A stretch of DNA of 63,275 bases, filler included, from Armatimonadota bacterium (GTDB lineage: Bacteria > Armatimonadota > Fimbriimonadia > Fimbriimonadales > Fimbriimonadaceae): assembly GCA_031400935.1 (NCBI GenBank). It is 9 parts of 9 records of this genome, joined end to end, with 100 filler letters (N's around TTAATTAATTAA, not from the genome) between each part and the next. Parts side by side here need not be neighbours in the genome. Positions count along the whole stretch, not along the records: positions 1 to 10,560 come from JANNQV010000030.1; 8 more parts are not named here. The stretch is one strand, 5' to 3'. Positions 1 to 9,557 of the stretch are shown one piece after another. Under the pieces are notes generated by a model that was given only the letters and a program-made list of their open reading frames with translations, did not search any database and was not told the DNA's origin. Both the position numbers and the translations under genes were made by a program. Numbering within the stretch: position 1 is the stretch's first letter; each line of letters begins with the position of its first letter.

Positions 1-2
1 GA

Positions 3-1061
3 GTCAAGAATCTCACCGTGCATTGCACCGATCAAGGCAAATTGTCAGGTATGGAATTTCACAAAACTCGAATGTGGAACGAGGCTTCCCGAGCCGCCCT
101 CATGAACTATCTTTCGCAAATTGATGCCAAAGACACGATTATTCATTCCCATTGCTACTACGGAATGCTCTCTAGTTCTATTATTGATGCTGCGATATCG
201 AGCGGAATACCCACATTGATAACGATGCACGACTACGGTATTGCCTGCCCGCAACGCAATTTCTTCCATTACGGCGAAAACAAAATCTGCCACCGAAAAC
301 CGCTATCGCTGTCTTGCATTTGCACAAATTGCACTTCTGGATCCATGAGATCAAAGATTCCGATGATCGCTGTGTCAATGGCGCAAAGGCACCGGGCAAG
401 AGTCGCAGAGCGAGTTGACTTTGTGGCCTTTGTATCAGAATTTAGTCAAGAAATCCTGTCGCCGTTTCTCAATTCAAATGCAAGGCAGTTTCTGGTTCAA
501 AATCCGGTAGACGTAACTCAAACGCCACGAGCTACGAACGAATCAAATTCGGAATTCGTGTTCATTGGCCGAATGGTTGCCGAAAAGGCTCCCGTTCAGG
601 TGGCGCTGGCGGCTCGCGAAGCTGGAGTAAAGGCACTTTTTATTGGCGATGGCCCCGAAAGAGAGGAAGTGCTTCGTGTCAACCCTGATGCCGAATGCAC
701 CGGTTGGCTCGATGCCGCCGGGGTGCACGAAAGGCTTTCAAAGGCGAGGGCATTTGTCATGCCAAGCATTTGGTACGAATGCTCGCCCCTTTCAACAATC
801 GAGGCTCAGGCTCATGGCCTGCCAGTGATTGTTGCCGACACCAACGCCTCTCGCGAAGCTGTCGAGAATGGTGCAACTGGCCTAATTTACAACGGCGGAA
901 ATCTTGAACAATTGATTGATGCAATGGTCAAATTAAGGGACAACGCAACCGTTCGGCAAATGAGCGAAACGACTTACGAGCGATTCTGGTCGTCGCCACC
1001 TTCGATGGACAGGCATTTGGACCGTCTTGAGGAAGTTTATCGCGAGATTAGTGCCAAATAG
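3..1061 (+). CDS. Glycosyltransferase family 4 (5' end probably outside window)
   Basis: TMHDY..CP, FIGRMVAEK, PSIWYECSPLSTIEA (EX7E) GT-B motifs; frame is open back to nt 3. Confidence 0.9.
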   Translation, partial: VKNLTVHCTDQGKLSGMEFHKTRMWNEASRAALMNYLSQIDAKDTIIHSHCYYGMLSSSIIDAAISSGIPTLITMHDYGIACPQRNFFHYGENKICHRKPLSLSCICTNCTSGSMRSKIPMIAVSMAQRHRARVAERVDFVAFVSEFSQEILSPFLNSNARQFLVQNPVDVTQTPRATNESNSEFVFIGRMVAEKAPVQVALAAREAGVKALFIGDGPEREEVLRVNPDAECTGWLDAAGVHERLSKARAFVMPSIWYECSPLSTIEAQAHGLPVIVADTNASREAVENGATGLIYNGGNLEQLIDAMVKLRDNATVRQMSETTYERFWSSPPSMDRHLDRLEEVYREISAK

Positions 1062-1142
1062 CCCCTCCCTTTTTCGAGGAACGCCTGCCCCGCCGTAGGG
1101 AAATGAAATCGGGAAGAAAGAGGGAGGGGTTGGAGTGGGAGT
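1062..1142. repeat. Intergenic hairpin repeat, GAGGAACGA-loop family A, with a ~31-nt insertion in the loop
   Basis: Stem 1062-1075 pairs with 1116-1129; GAGGAACG at 1076-1083; near-identical to 31005-31052. Confidence 0.8.
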
Positions 1143-1153
1143 TCCGGGTTATT

Positions 1154-2293
1154 TTATGAAACACTTCCCAACTTCAAAATTTCTGCAAGAGTTGTCTCAG
1201 CCGTCTTCTCCCAACTAAATTGCTTTGCCCTCTCAATTCCAGTTTCGACCATTTGCTCCCGGTCAACAGCACCGTCCAAAAACTTTTCCATCATCGTTGC
1301 CATTTCTTCCACATTTTCAGGATCAAAATAGAGAACAGCATCGCCGCCGACTTCGGGCAGCGCGCCCCGGTCGCTTGTCAGAACCGGTGTGCCATACATC
1401 ATGCCCTCTAGGACTGGAATGCCAAACCCTTCGTCAATCGAAGCGCAAATGAATGCCTCAGATCGAGCGAAAAGATCGGGAAGGTTTTCGTCTAGCACGT
1501 AGCCTAGAAATACGACCCTGTTTTCGAGCCCAAGATTTGAGACTGAATCAAAGATGGAACTTTCGTTCCAACCCTTTCCTCCACCAATTACAAGTCCAAA
1601 GTCATCTTCATTAGACTCTTGGCAGAGTTTGCCAAACGCTTCGATCAGCCTGCCCAGATTCTTTCGTGGCTCTAGAGTCCCCAAAGTGAAGAAGTAGCGA
1701 TCAAATGGAACCCCCAAACCTTGCAACCTTTCTTTGGAGACTGAAGAGTACGTTACTCTCTCGCCAACGTTCCCCGGTCCGTTTGGAGTGACGACAACTG
1801 AATTTGAGCTTACGTTCGGAAATCGCTTTAGTAACCGATCTTTGGTGTTTTGACTGACCGAAAAAATGAGATCACTTTTCAAAATCTGCTGGGTGGCTAG
1901 ACCTTTCATAGATTCCAAAACCGACTCATCGAACGCCTGCGGATGATCAAATGGAAACAAATCATGAACAGTTACAGCTTTCTTGATGAGGGAATGATTG
2001 CACGTTGGGCCTGTCAGCACAAAGAGCACATCAATTCGATGTCTAAGTAAATATGGCGTACGGTGAAAAGCCCTCCACAGACGATATTTCTCTGGTATTA
2101 CTTTGAGGTGAAAGTTTTCTCTTGTAGTCCAATCTGAGGGAACTTCAAATGCGGATGTTGCCATCAAATGCCACTCGTGCCCTTCTCCAATACGTAGCAA
2201 ATGGTCAATGATGGAATAGCTGTACCGCCCAACGCCTGCATGGCGAAAGTTGGCACCTCCAACCAGATTTTCTGCTTGAATGGCAATCCGCAT
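1154..2293 (-). CDS. Glycosyltransferase family 4 (mannosyltransferase-like)
   Basis: GVGRY, VTVHDL, GTLEPRKN, EGFGIPVLEGM, FSWEKTA. Confidence 0.92.
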   Translation of the reverse strand: MRIAIQAENLVGGANFRHAGVGRYSYSIIDHLLRIGEGHEWHLMATSAFEVPSDWTTRENFHLKVIPEKYRLWRAFHRTPYLLRHRIDVLFVLTGPTCNHSLIKKAVTVHDLFPFDHPQAFDESVLESMKGLATQQILKSDLIFSVSQNTKDRLLKRFPNVSSNSVVVTPNGPGNVGERVTYSSVSKERLQGLGVPFDRYFFTLGTLEPRKNLGRLIEAFGKLCQESNEDDFGLVIGGGKGWNESSIFDSVSNLGLENRVVFLGYVLDENLPDLFARSEAFICASIDEGFGIPVLEGMMYGTPVLTSDRGALPEVGGDAVLYFDPENVEEMATMMEKFLDGAVDREQMVETGIERAKQFSWEKTAETTLAEILKLGSVS

Positions 2294-2296
2294 GGC

Positions 2297-2854
2297 TTAC
2301 AGCTTCAGCATTTGACCTTCGACGGAGACGCCTCGATTTTGGCCTTGCCTCGGCGGAATTGGAAGGAGTTTTTCAGGCAATCCGTGCGCATTTCGAGTCA
2401 GATCACTGCTGTCAAAGAGCAGAGAGGTAGTTGGGGGATTTGGTATGTCATCTTTGTATTTTCGACTGCATTGATCGTTCATCGCATATCCAAATTTTCC
2501 GGGCTGATCTCGATACTCAGGCGAAACTAGCTTTTTCGCACTCTCGTTCTTGTCCATATCATAGGCCCTCATCCGATTTTCAACTTCTACCATCCAGCCG
2601 GAACCATGAGGGAAAGCGTCTTCGCTTTCGTGGTAGAGCATCATCGCCTGGTGCATAGACTTGAAATTCTGCATCGTGTTTCCATCGTAGGTTCGCTTGT
2701 CTACCTTTTCAAATAGACCGACCTTCCATGCCGACTTTATCACCGGCCCGAGCCACCAGCCCAGTCCAACAAGCACAACCAGCCCAAAAATGAGGCAGCC
2801 TCTCCTTCTTTTGCGTGGCGTGGATTCAGAAATCGGTTCGCTTTGCTCTTCCAT
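2297..2854 (-). CDS. Membrane-anchored protein with DUF1559-like (pseudopilin-type) globular domain
   Basis: Start MEEQS at 2854; RKRRRGCLI plus TM helix; NFKSMHQAMMLY..., GYAMN, LLFDS, degenerate H-X9-DG-like tail. Confidence 0.55.
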   Translation of the reverse strand: MEEQSEPISESTPRKRRRGCLIFGLVVLVGLGWWLGPVIKSAWKVGLFEKVDKRTYDGNTMQNFKSMHQAMMLYHESEDAFPHGSGWMVEVENRMRAYDMDKNESAKKLVSPEYRDQPGKFGYAMNDQCSRKYKDDIPNPPTTSLLFDSSDLTRNAHGLPEKLLPIPPRQGQNRGVSVEGQMLKL

Positions 2855-2918
2855 TTTGGTTATAGACGAAGTTTGGCATGTCAGAGAACTTTGAAGCCGG
2901 GCAAAGTAAACTTCATTT

Positions 2919-3896
2919 GTGCAACCTCGCCAAATTCCCTTGATTTGCAAACCGACTCCCATGCACCGATTGGAGAGGCTTTCGAACGCATTGAAGACCG
3001 ATCTATGGATCAAGCGCGACGACCTAACGGGGTTTGGCTTTGGAGGAAACAAGGGGAGGAAGATCGAGTTTCTGTTGGCCGAGGCGATTGATTCAAAAGC
3101 GACCGCTATAGTGTGCCAAGGCGCGATTCAGTCTAATTTTGTCCGTCAATTAGGGGCGGCGTGCTCGATGTTTGGCTTGCGATGCGTAGCAGCGGTAATG
3201 AACATGCCCTATTACGCGGCGGCGGGCAAGCCCACCGGAACAAAGCACGTTGGTGGGGGCAATCGAATTCTGGACGATTTGTTTGGAGTCGAATTGCGAA
3301 TATTCCCTGATGGCGATTGGGAGCAACTTGCGAAACACGCTGGCGAAGTGGCATTGGAACTCACCTTACAAGGCGAATCGCCCTATCTCATTGCAATCGG
3401 CGGATCGTCCGCTCTAGGGGCGTATTCATTTCATCTCGCTGGAGAAGAAGTAATTGCGACAGGCGAACAGTTTGACTTTTTAGTAACCCCCAGCAGCAGC
3501 GGAAGCACTCATGCGGGACTGGCATATTGCTTTCAAGGCACCAAAACGAAAGTGATCGGAATTTCTGCGGACCCCGACCCAGATGATGAATTGGCGCATG
3601 ACATTGTCAGTCTTTGCGATTTAGTTGGAGGCATCACTGGTATTGAAAAGAAAATTAGAAGAGCCGATATTGATTTGCGTATGGGATATTGCGGCGAGGC
3701 TTATGGCATTCCCAGTGAAGCTGGAACAAAGGCAATAGAACAATTCGCGAAAAGGGAAGGGATTATTCTTGATCCGGTTTATTCTGGAAAGGCAGCGGCG
3801 GGGCTTTTTGCCCTGATTGAGTCAGGCGAGATTGGCGGAAAGATTCTGTTTTGGCACACAGGCGGCTCCCCGACCTTGTTCACGACCCCGCAATAG
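2919..3896 (+). CDS. dcyD: D-cysteine desulfhydrase / ACC deaminase family PLP enzyme
   Basis: LWIKRDDLTG..GGNKGRKIEF, GAIQSN, SSSGSTHAG, LDPVYSGK, WHTGG. Confidence 0.85.
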   Translation: MQPRQIPLICKPTPMHRLERLSNALKTDLWIKRDDLTGFGFGGNKGRKIEFLLAEAIDSKATAIVCQGAIQSNFVRQLGAACSMFGLRCVAAVMNMPYYAAAGKPTGTKHVGGGNRILDDLFGVELRIFPDGDWEQLAKHAGEVALELTLQGESPYLIAIGGSSALGAYSFHLAGEEVIATGEQFDFLVTPSSSGSTHAGLAYCFQGTKTKVIGISADPDPDDELAHDIVSLCDLVGGITGIEKKIRRADIDLRMGYCGEAYGIPSEAGTKAIEQFAKREGIILDPVYSGKAAAGLFALIESGEIGGKILFWHTGGSPTLFTTPQ

Positions 3897-4362
3897 CGCT
3901 CGACCGAACTGGAGCAAATGGATTCTTCGCATAGCTAGCAGGAGGATCAAGGAATCGGTAAACACATACAGCCAGAAAAACAGCAACAAAGCCCAACAGA
4001 ATCCGATTCGCGGCTTTTGAATAAACAAAAAATCTTTGCTGCTTCCAAGCCCAAAACGCTGCAATTGCAGATGCGCTAAACGCCAAATACAAAAAAGGTC
4101 CAAACTGATGCGCTTGAAACGAGGTCGTAATCTTGCCGTGCAACAATGCTGTCCAGCTTGTCGTCAAGCCGCATCCAGGGCAAGGACGATTCAACAGAAA
4201 AGCGCTCGCGCACGGCGGCAATCCGAGTTGGCGGTGCGTTCCATGTCCGTCGGGATGCGGGGTTAGAATGAAGCCAATGATGGTTATGGCAGCCCAAACT
4301 CCAAACCAAAGCAAGTAGCTCGAAACAGCTTTTTTGGTGGCTGCTGGCTCAGTTCGAAGCAA
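3880..4362 (-). CDS. DUF2752 membrane protein
   Basis: GTHRQLGLPPC...PCPGCGLTTSW motif with TM helices; TTG start inferred overlapping truB end. Confidence 0.75.
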   Translation of the reverse strand: MLRTEPAATKKAVSSYLLWFGVWAAITIIGFILTPHPDGHGTHRQLGLPPCASAFLLNRPCPGCGLTTSWTALLHGKITTSFQAHQFGPFLYLAFSASAIAAFWAWKQQRFFVYSKAANRILLGFVAVFLAVCVYRFLDPPASYAKNPFAPVRSSAIAGS

Positions 4363-5221
4363 CGATTGCCTCCAGCGGAATGACGCATTCTGGCTGTAAC
4401 ATTGGGCCATCGGCGTGCGCAATTCCAATGATCTCGCCAGCCGGATCAGCGAGTGCAACCTTGCCCGAAACGCCTCTTTGTCCAGCACCGATTGGCATTC
4501 CGTTGCGAATGGCGGCGACCTCAGTTTCGTTGAGTTTCAGAATCGTCATGGGTTTGAGGGCTTCCGAAAGGGGCATCAAGCGGCTTGGTTCAAGCTCTTC
4601 TATTGAATTTGCGCCTTCGATGCGAAACCTGCCTGCCTGGGTTCGGTGAAGGCCGCAAAGGTGCGCCCCGCACCCAATCGCCTCGCCTAAATCATGTGCA
4701 AGTGTTCTCATGTATGTCCCACCAGAACAAATAACGCGAATTTCGGCGGTTTCGTTGTGCCAATCCTCGAATTTGATGTCGTCAATTTGCACGATTCGGG
4801 CTTGCCTTACTACTTCGATGCCCTTTCTTGCATAGGTGTAAAGAGGTTTCCCATCCTTTTTTACAGCCGAATACATCGGCGGCATTTGTTCGATTCGACC
4901 CAAAAATTTCGCTTTGGCAGATTCGGCGATTTTTTCAATATTGGTTGGAACAGTTCCTTCAAAAATCACTTGCCCCTCAATGTCTTGAGTATCCATTGCG
5001 ATCCCAAAACGAACTTGGCAAATATATTCCTTTGGTTCCAAAGACAAATATTGAAGGAACCGAGTTGCGGGGCCGATTGCAACAACGAGCAATCCCGTGG
5101 CGATCGGGTCGAGCGTCCCAGCATGGCCGACACGCTTGGTGCCAAGCTTGCGCCGGATTCCGTTCACGACATCATGCGAGGAAATGCCCGAGGGCTTGTC
5201 AATTAATGCGATCCCAAGCAT
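4349..5221 (-). CDS. truB: tRNA pseudouridine(55) synthase
   Basis: DKPSGISSHDVV, VGHAGTLDP, PPMYSAVKKDGKPLY, CSGGTYMRTLAHDLG. Confidence 0.97.
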   Translation of the reverse strand: MLGIALIDKPSGISSHDVVNGIRRKLGTKRVGHAGTLDPIATGLLVVAIGPATRFLQYLSLEPKEYICQVRFGIAMDTQDIEGQVIFEGTVPTNIEKIAESAKAKFLGRIEQMPPMYSAVKKDGKPLYTYARKGIEVVRQARIVQIDDIKFEDWHNETAEIRVICSGGTYMRTLAHDLGEAIGCGAHLCGLHRTQAGRFRIEGANSIEELEPSRLMPLSEALKPMTILKLNETEVAAIRNGMPIGAGQRGVSGKVALADPAGEIIGIAHADGPMLQPECVIPLEAIVASN

Positions 5222-6171
5222 TCTCGCATCCTTGGAACGACTAGAGAAACTACTTCTGAAATCGGCATATCAAACGAGCATCCAGCCGCATTGTGATGCC
5301 CGCCGCCGCCAAATTCGCGGGCTACAGCTGCAACGTCGTGCTTGCCTCTTGACCGAAGGCTCACCCTCACCCAATCTGGCTTTGTTTCCCGAAAAAGGGC
5401 GGCGATTTCTACTGAACTGATCGAAAGCATCTCGTTCACAAAGCCTTCAGTATCCTCGTCTTTGGCGCCGACAAGCTGAAATTGATCATGGGTCATTTGC
5501 CCCCACGCCACCCGATTCTGAACTTCTAAAGTCATGGTTTCAAGCAGAAATCCTAAGAGTCGAACGGCTGCCAGAGGTTTGCGCTGAAAAATCTCTTCAG
5601 AAACTAATCCAATGTTCCCGCCTGCTTCGAGAAGGCGACTGGCAAGCATGAGAGCCTCCGCATTTGTGTTTCGAAATCGGAAGCTGCCGGTATCCGTTAC
5701 AATCCCAGTCAGAAGGCAAGTCGCCATTTCAGGAGTGATTTCTGCATCCATTTCCAATAACAACCTTGCCAAAATGGCACAAGTCGCGGCGGCTGTTTGA
5801 TCAATAATTCGCAGATCGCCGGGTGCCTCGTGTGGAATATGGTGATCAATTACTACGAGCCGCTTGGCTTTAGAAAGATGTTCCGCGGGGTCGCCAAGCC
5901 GCTCAATTGAGTCCAAATCGAGCATGACGGCCAGATCGTGCGATTCCATTTCAGGCTTCAGCTTTACTTTTTCAATATGAGGCAAGAACTCTAAATTCGC
6001 CGGCGGAACATGGTGGCAAAGAACTTCGTTTGCTAAACCAATCGCATCAAAGTAAAGTGAAAGTGCAATTGCTGAACCTAAAGCATCTCCGTCTGGGTTC
6101 AAATGCGTACCGATCAGCGCCGAAGAAGCCGACTGACATTCAGATTGGAATTGGGATGCAGTTGACAGCAT
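5203..6171 (-). CDS. nrnA: DHH/DHHA1 bifunctional oligoribonuclease / PAP phosphatase
   Basis: HLNPDGDALGS, IDHH, GIVTDTGSF, SLRS, GGGGH; adjacent to truB. Confidence 0.93.
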   Translation of the reverse strand: MLSTASQFQSECQSASSALIGTHLNPDGDALGSAIALSLYFDAIGLANEVLCHHVPPANLEFLPHIEKVKLKPEMESHDLAVMLDLDSIERLGDPAEHLSKAKRLVVIDHHIPHEAPGDLRIIDQTAAATCAILARLLLEMDAEITPEMATCLLTGIVTDTGSFRFRNTNAEALMLASRLLEAGGNIGLVSEEIFQRKPLAAVRLLGFLLETMTLEVQNRVAWGQMTHDQFQLVGAKDEDTEGFVNEMLSISSVEIAALFRETKPDWVRVSLRSRGKHDVAAVAREFGGGGHHNAAGCSFDMPISEVVSLVVPRMRECLGSH

Positions 6172-6334
6172 AAAGGTTCCCGACGAGCTTCAAGCTTACT
6201 TTATTGGGCGCGATTTGTTCGGATCGGCAGCTATTCGGTATGGATTAGTTGCTTCGTATGGGTTCAATGGATGCGGAGCTTTAGTTCGAGCTTTTAAGAG
6301 CATAACCTAACAGTTGCTCCACGCTCCTTTCGAT

Positions 6335-7387
6335 TCAAAGACCCGGAGTTCTTGGTTGGCCGCTAAATGCACCGAAGTTCGTTAAATTTGATGGACTTCC
6401 ACCCGAATTTGTCATTCGATAAATTTCCCTGCCGAATCCAAATGGCCTTGAAAAGAAGATGTATTGGCCGTTGCCCGAATAGCATGGGTCGTCGTCGTTC
6501 AACATTGAAGTGGTCAATCTATTGAGTCCGCCTCCGGTTGCATTTACGACCATAACTTGACCGATGACTTCACCCAAAGAGCCGTAATCTCGTACAAAAA
6601 CGATTTTGGATCCATCGGGGCTGAAGGCTGGGTTCCATTCATCAGAACTGTTCGAAGTTAGTTGCGTTTTCCCAGACCCATCGGCATTCATGACATAAAT
6701 GTCGTCATTTGTGTCACCTGAAACAAATGCGATTTTTGTGCCGTCAGGACTCCACTGGCCTTGAACTGCGCCGCTCGATTCAAAAGTTAGCTGGGTTGCC
6801 GAACCACCTGAAAACGGAATGGTAAACAATTGAGGTGTTCCGAAGCGGTTAGATGTGAACAGAACTGAAATGCCACTTGGCGAAATGGATGGCTCAGAAT
6901 TATCGTCGCTCGTGTCGGCAATCGAAACAAAACCGGCGCCGCTTGATAAGATTCCGAAGACTCTCGCGAAAAGGCTAACAGAAGTGAAGACAATTTTTGT
7001 TCCGTCAAGAGATGAGCTTGGTTGTTCGGCTTGCTCGCCATTTGTCGAAATAGAAGCTAACCCCGATCCGTCATTGTTCAATTTGAACAATTCAGGAAGG
7101 CCGTCTTTGTCGCTAGAAAAATAGAAGTAGTCTGGAACAGATCCACCTGTCGTGCTTCCTGTGGTTGAACCAGTTGTACTACCGGTCGTGGCTCCAGTTG
7201 TTGATCCGGTGGTTGCGCCGGTTGTGCTTCCAGTTGTCGCGCCAGTCGTGCTTCCCGTCGTCGCGCCTGTAGTCGTTCCGCTGCCTGCTCCACCGCCACC
7301 GCATCCAATCGCGATCATTGCGATGCAATAGAAAACAACAGCGGAAATGGTTCCCGCTCTAGATTCCCAAAATTCTCGACCCCTCAT
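6335..7387 (-). CDS. Lipoprotein with Thr/Gly/Ser linker and TolB-like PD40 beta-propeller
   Basis: Lipobox IAIG-C-GGGG; about 11 TTG[S/A] repeats; repeated SPDG.KI.F.S and IYVMNADGSG motifs. Confidence 0.85.
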   Translation of the reverse strand: MRGREFWESRAGTISAVVFYCIAMIAIGCGGGGAGSGTTTGATTGSTTGATTGSTTGATTGSTTGATTGSTTGSTTGSTTGGSVPDYFYFSSDKDGLPELFKLNNDGSGLASISTNGEQAEQPSSSLDGTKIVFTSVSLFARVFGILSSGAGFVSIADTSDDNSEPSISPSGISVLFTSNRFGTPQLFTIPFSGGSATQLTFESSGAVQGQWSPDGTKIAFVSGDTNDDIYVMNADGSGKTQLTSNSSDEWNPAFSPDGSKIVFVRDYGSLGEVIGQVMVVNATGGGLNRLTTSMLNDDDPCYSGNGQYIFFSRPFGFGREIYRMTNSGGSPSNLTNFGAFSGQPRTPGL

Positions 7388-7434
7388 GGTCGTAATTTTC
7401 GGTACGTTTGAACCGAGACTGTAGCATAGTGAAT

Positions 7435-8835
7435 CTAGACTTCGCCGAAAAGTTTGGTTCGTCTTGCCAAGCAGGAGTCAAACAGCAAATTTGGATCAAG
7501 AAGTTTCTTCCATTTTCGAAATTCTGATAACTTCTCGGTACCAAGCCAGCGCTCAATATCTTGAGTACGAAGCGTCGAATCTTTTGCCAGATAAAACTTA
7601 CCGCCAGCATCCAAAACGGCATCATTCATAGCCCAGCAAAGCTCTTGAAGCGATTTCCAATTGCTGCTAGTGACTTTGAAATCCATGGCTAGAGAAAAAC
7701 CATCAACGCCGTGGCTGAGCAAGAATGAGTCTGAACGATGGCGTTTCATTACGGTCAAGAAATTGGTGAGTCCAGCTTGCTGCTGCATTTGAATGAGCCG
7801 AGGGAAGAGTTCTCGGGCGGATGCGTCAGGAACGAAGCATTGGAATTGGATAAACCCTCCCGGCGAATACGATTTCTCCCACCCTGGCACGTAGTCGAGC
7901 AAAAATGAAAAGGCGACTAGACTTTGGCGAAATTCGTGCCTTTTGGACGTTTTTGAGGCTAGGAATTTGGCTTTGTTGAGAAAACGAATGCCCCTTTGGC
8001 TATTCAGTTTCTTTAGAAATTTCCAAACTTGCGATTTGGGAATCAGTCCAAGAATTCGTGATGGAAGCACCTGATTGTCTACTTCTAGCAAATCTGGTCT
8101 GGCTTCTTTGCAGTGCTTCGCTGAGTGAAAGAGACCTCGACCAGAATTCGCTTCTGCTCCAAATGCATTCACCCACGAGACCATGTAATCGGCATTAGCT
8201 TGATTGGCTTCGAAAGCAGCGAATTGCTCATCCCAACTTTTGCATACAACTGCAGAAACATCCAATATCCCTGAATTGACCTTTTTAAGCTTGATTTTGG
8301 CTTCGAAGATGCAGGCGAGCAATCCAGCCGAAGAAATGATCACATGAAACTCATCGTCTTTCGGACTCAATTTTCGGATAGAGCAATCAGCAAACAAAAC
8401 CGTCATTTCTTGAACATGCTCCCCTAGCGTTCCGACTGAAAACGCATTTTTCCCATGGATATTCATTGCGAGTACGCCTCCGATTGTGGGAAACATCGTT
8501 CCAGGAACCACGGGCGGCCAAAAGCCAAGTGGAAGGGAAGCCTGCCACAAGTCGCCAATTGTTGCGCCGCATCCTACGGTTGCAATTCCTGATTCAGCGT
8601 CAATTTGGCATGAATTCAATTTGCAAAGATCTATTGCGATCTCTTCGGCAAGAATGGCGGCATCGCCGTAGCTCTTTCCTGCCCCCCGAAGAACGATTTT
8701 TCGGCCATTCTCCGTTGCGAATCGGAACACTTCGGCTAATTCTTCAAGCGATTCAGGTTCAAAAGTATAAGAGTCAGAGTCTGTTACGAATCCGAAACCT
8801 GACAGCCGTCGCATTCGGGGCCGAGGCAAAATCAA
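7435..8835 (-). CDS. dprE1: Decaprenylphosphoryl-beta-D-ribose oxidase-like FAD oxidoreductase
   Basis: RGAGKSYGDAA, PVVPGT..TIGG..NIHGKN, FIQFQ, GGKFYLAKDS; TTG start overlaps SDR stop. Confidence 0.85.
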   Translation of the reverse strand: MILPRPRMRRLSGFGFVTDSDSYTFEPESLEELAEVFRFATENGRKIVLRGAGKSYGDAAILAEEIAIDLCKLNSCQIDAESGIATVGCGATIGDLWQASLPLGFWPPVVPGTMFPTIGGVLAMNIHGKNAFSVGTLGEHVQEMTVLFADCSIRKLSPKDDEFHVIISSAGLLACIFEAKIKLKKVNSGILDVSAVVCKSWDEQFAAFEANQANADYMVSWVNAFGAEANSGRGLFHSAKHCKEARPDLLEVDNQVLPSRILGLIPKSQVWKFLKKLNSQRGIRFLNKAKFLASKTSKRHEFRQSLVAFSFLLDYVPGWEKSYSPGGFIQFQCFVPDASARELFPRLIQMQQQAGLTNFLTVMKRHRSDSFLLSHGVDGFSLAMDFKVTSSNWKSLQELCWAMNDAVLDAGGKFYLAKDSTLRTQDIERWLGTEKLSEFRKWKKLLDPNLLFDSCLARRTKLFGEV

Positions 8836-9557
8836 AGGCGAAGCCTCCGAAAAATCGGGCTTGGAATGTGCCTGATGATCAAGAAAATCAGCCAATGCGT
8901 CGGTTTCAAGTAGTGCTCTCCACCTCTATTCATTTTTTTGAGAATCAGCTTAGCTGCTGTTTCGGCTGACATCATTTTGGATTGATCCAAATGCGCTGTC
9001 ATCGGAGTGGCAATGGGCCCCGGTTTAATGGTTACAACTTTTATGCCCTGCCGTGAAAGGCGATTTCGCAATGCCTCTAGATACGTAGCCATCGCTGCTT
9101 TGGAGGCGTTATAGACAGGCTGGGCGTGTCTGCCACGATCTCCTGCGACGCTTCCAATTCCTACGATCGTTCCGGCACCAACATCTTGAAATCGCCTTGC
9201 GGCCTCGTTCAGCCAGGCTACGCACCCGAGGAAGTTGGTTTCGATCATATCGCGATCTTTGGAAGTATCAAATTCGTCCGCTGCGACTTCTGGCATCACG
9301 CCCGCTACATAGATGATTAGGTCAAGTCCGCCTAGGTCTCGGCAAATTTCTTCAAAGAGTTGCGGCACGTCCTGAATCTGGCGAACATCGTGTTCGTACG
9401 CGGAGATCATTTCGGGATTTGAGAGGCACGCTCTATTGAGTTTTTCGAAACTTCTGCCAATGATGGCGACTTTGCACCCATCTATAGCGAGCATCCACGC
9501 AAGCTCGGCTCCCAACCCAGATGAGCCGCCTACGATGATCGCTTTTTTAGGCTTCAC
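8832..9557 (-). CDS. dprE2: Short-chain dehydrogenase, DprE2-like
   Basis: GGSSGLG, SVAGDRGR, YNASK, IKPGPIATPMT; lies between ubiA and dprE1 with 4-nt overlaps. Confidence 0.8.
   Translation of the reverse strand: MKPKKAIIVGGSSGLGAELAWMLAIDGCKVAIIGRSFEKLNRACLSNPEMISAYEHDVRQIQDVPQLFEEICRDLGGLDLIIYVAGVMPEVAADEFDTSKDRDMIETNFLGCVAWLNEAARRFQDVGAGTIVGIGSVAGDRGRHAQPVYNASKAAMATYLEALRNRLSRQGIKVVTIKPGPIATPMTAHLDQSKMMSAETAAKLILKKMNRGGEHYLKPTHWLIFLIIRHIPSPIFRRLRL

Noticed and set aside
6196..6303. 35-aa minus-strand sORF upstream of nrnA (MLLKARTK...)
   Set aside because: No recognisable motif or clear RBS, and it is not an rbfA remnant; it cannot be supported from sequence alone.
7141..7280. 12-nt periodic DNA repeat
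   Set aside because: It encodes the TTG[S/A] linker with varied synonymous codons, so it is a protein-level repeat rather than a DNA element.
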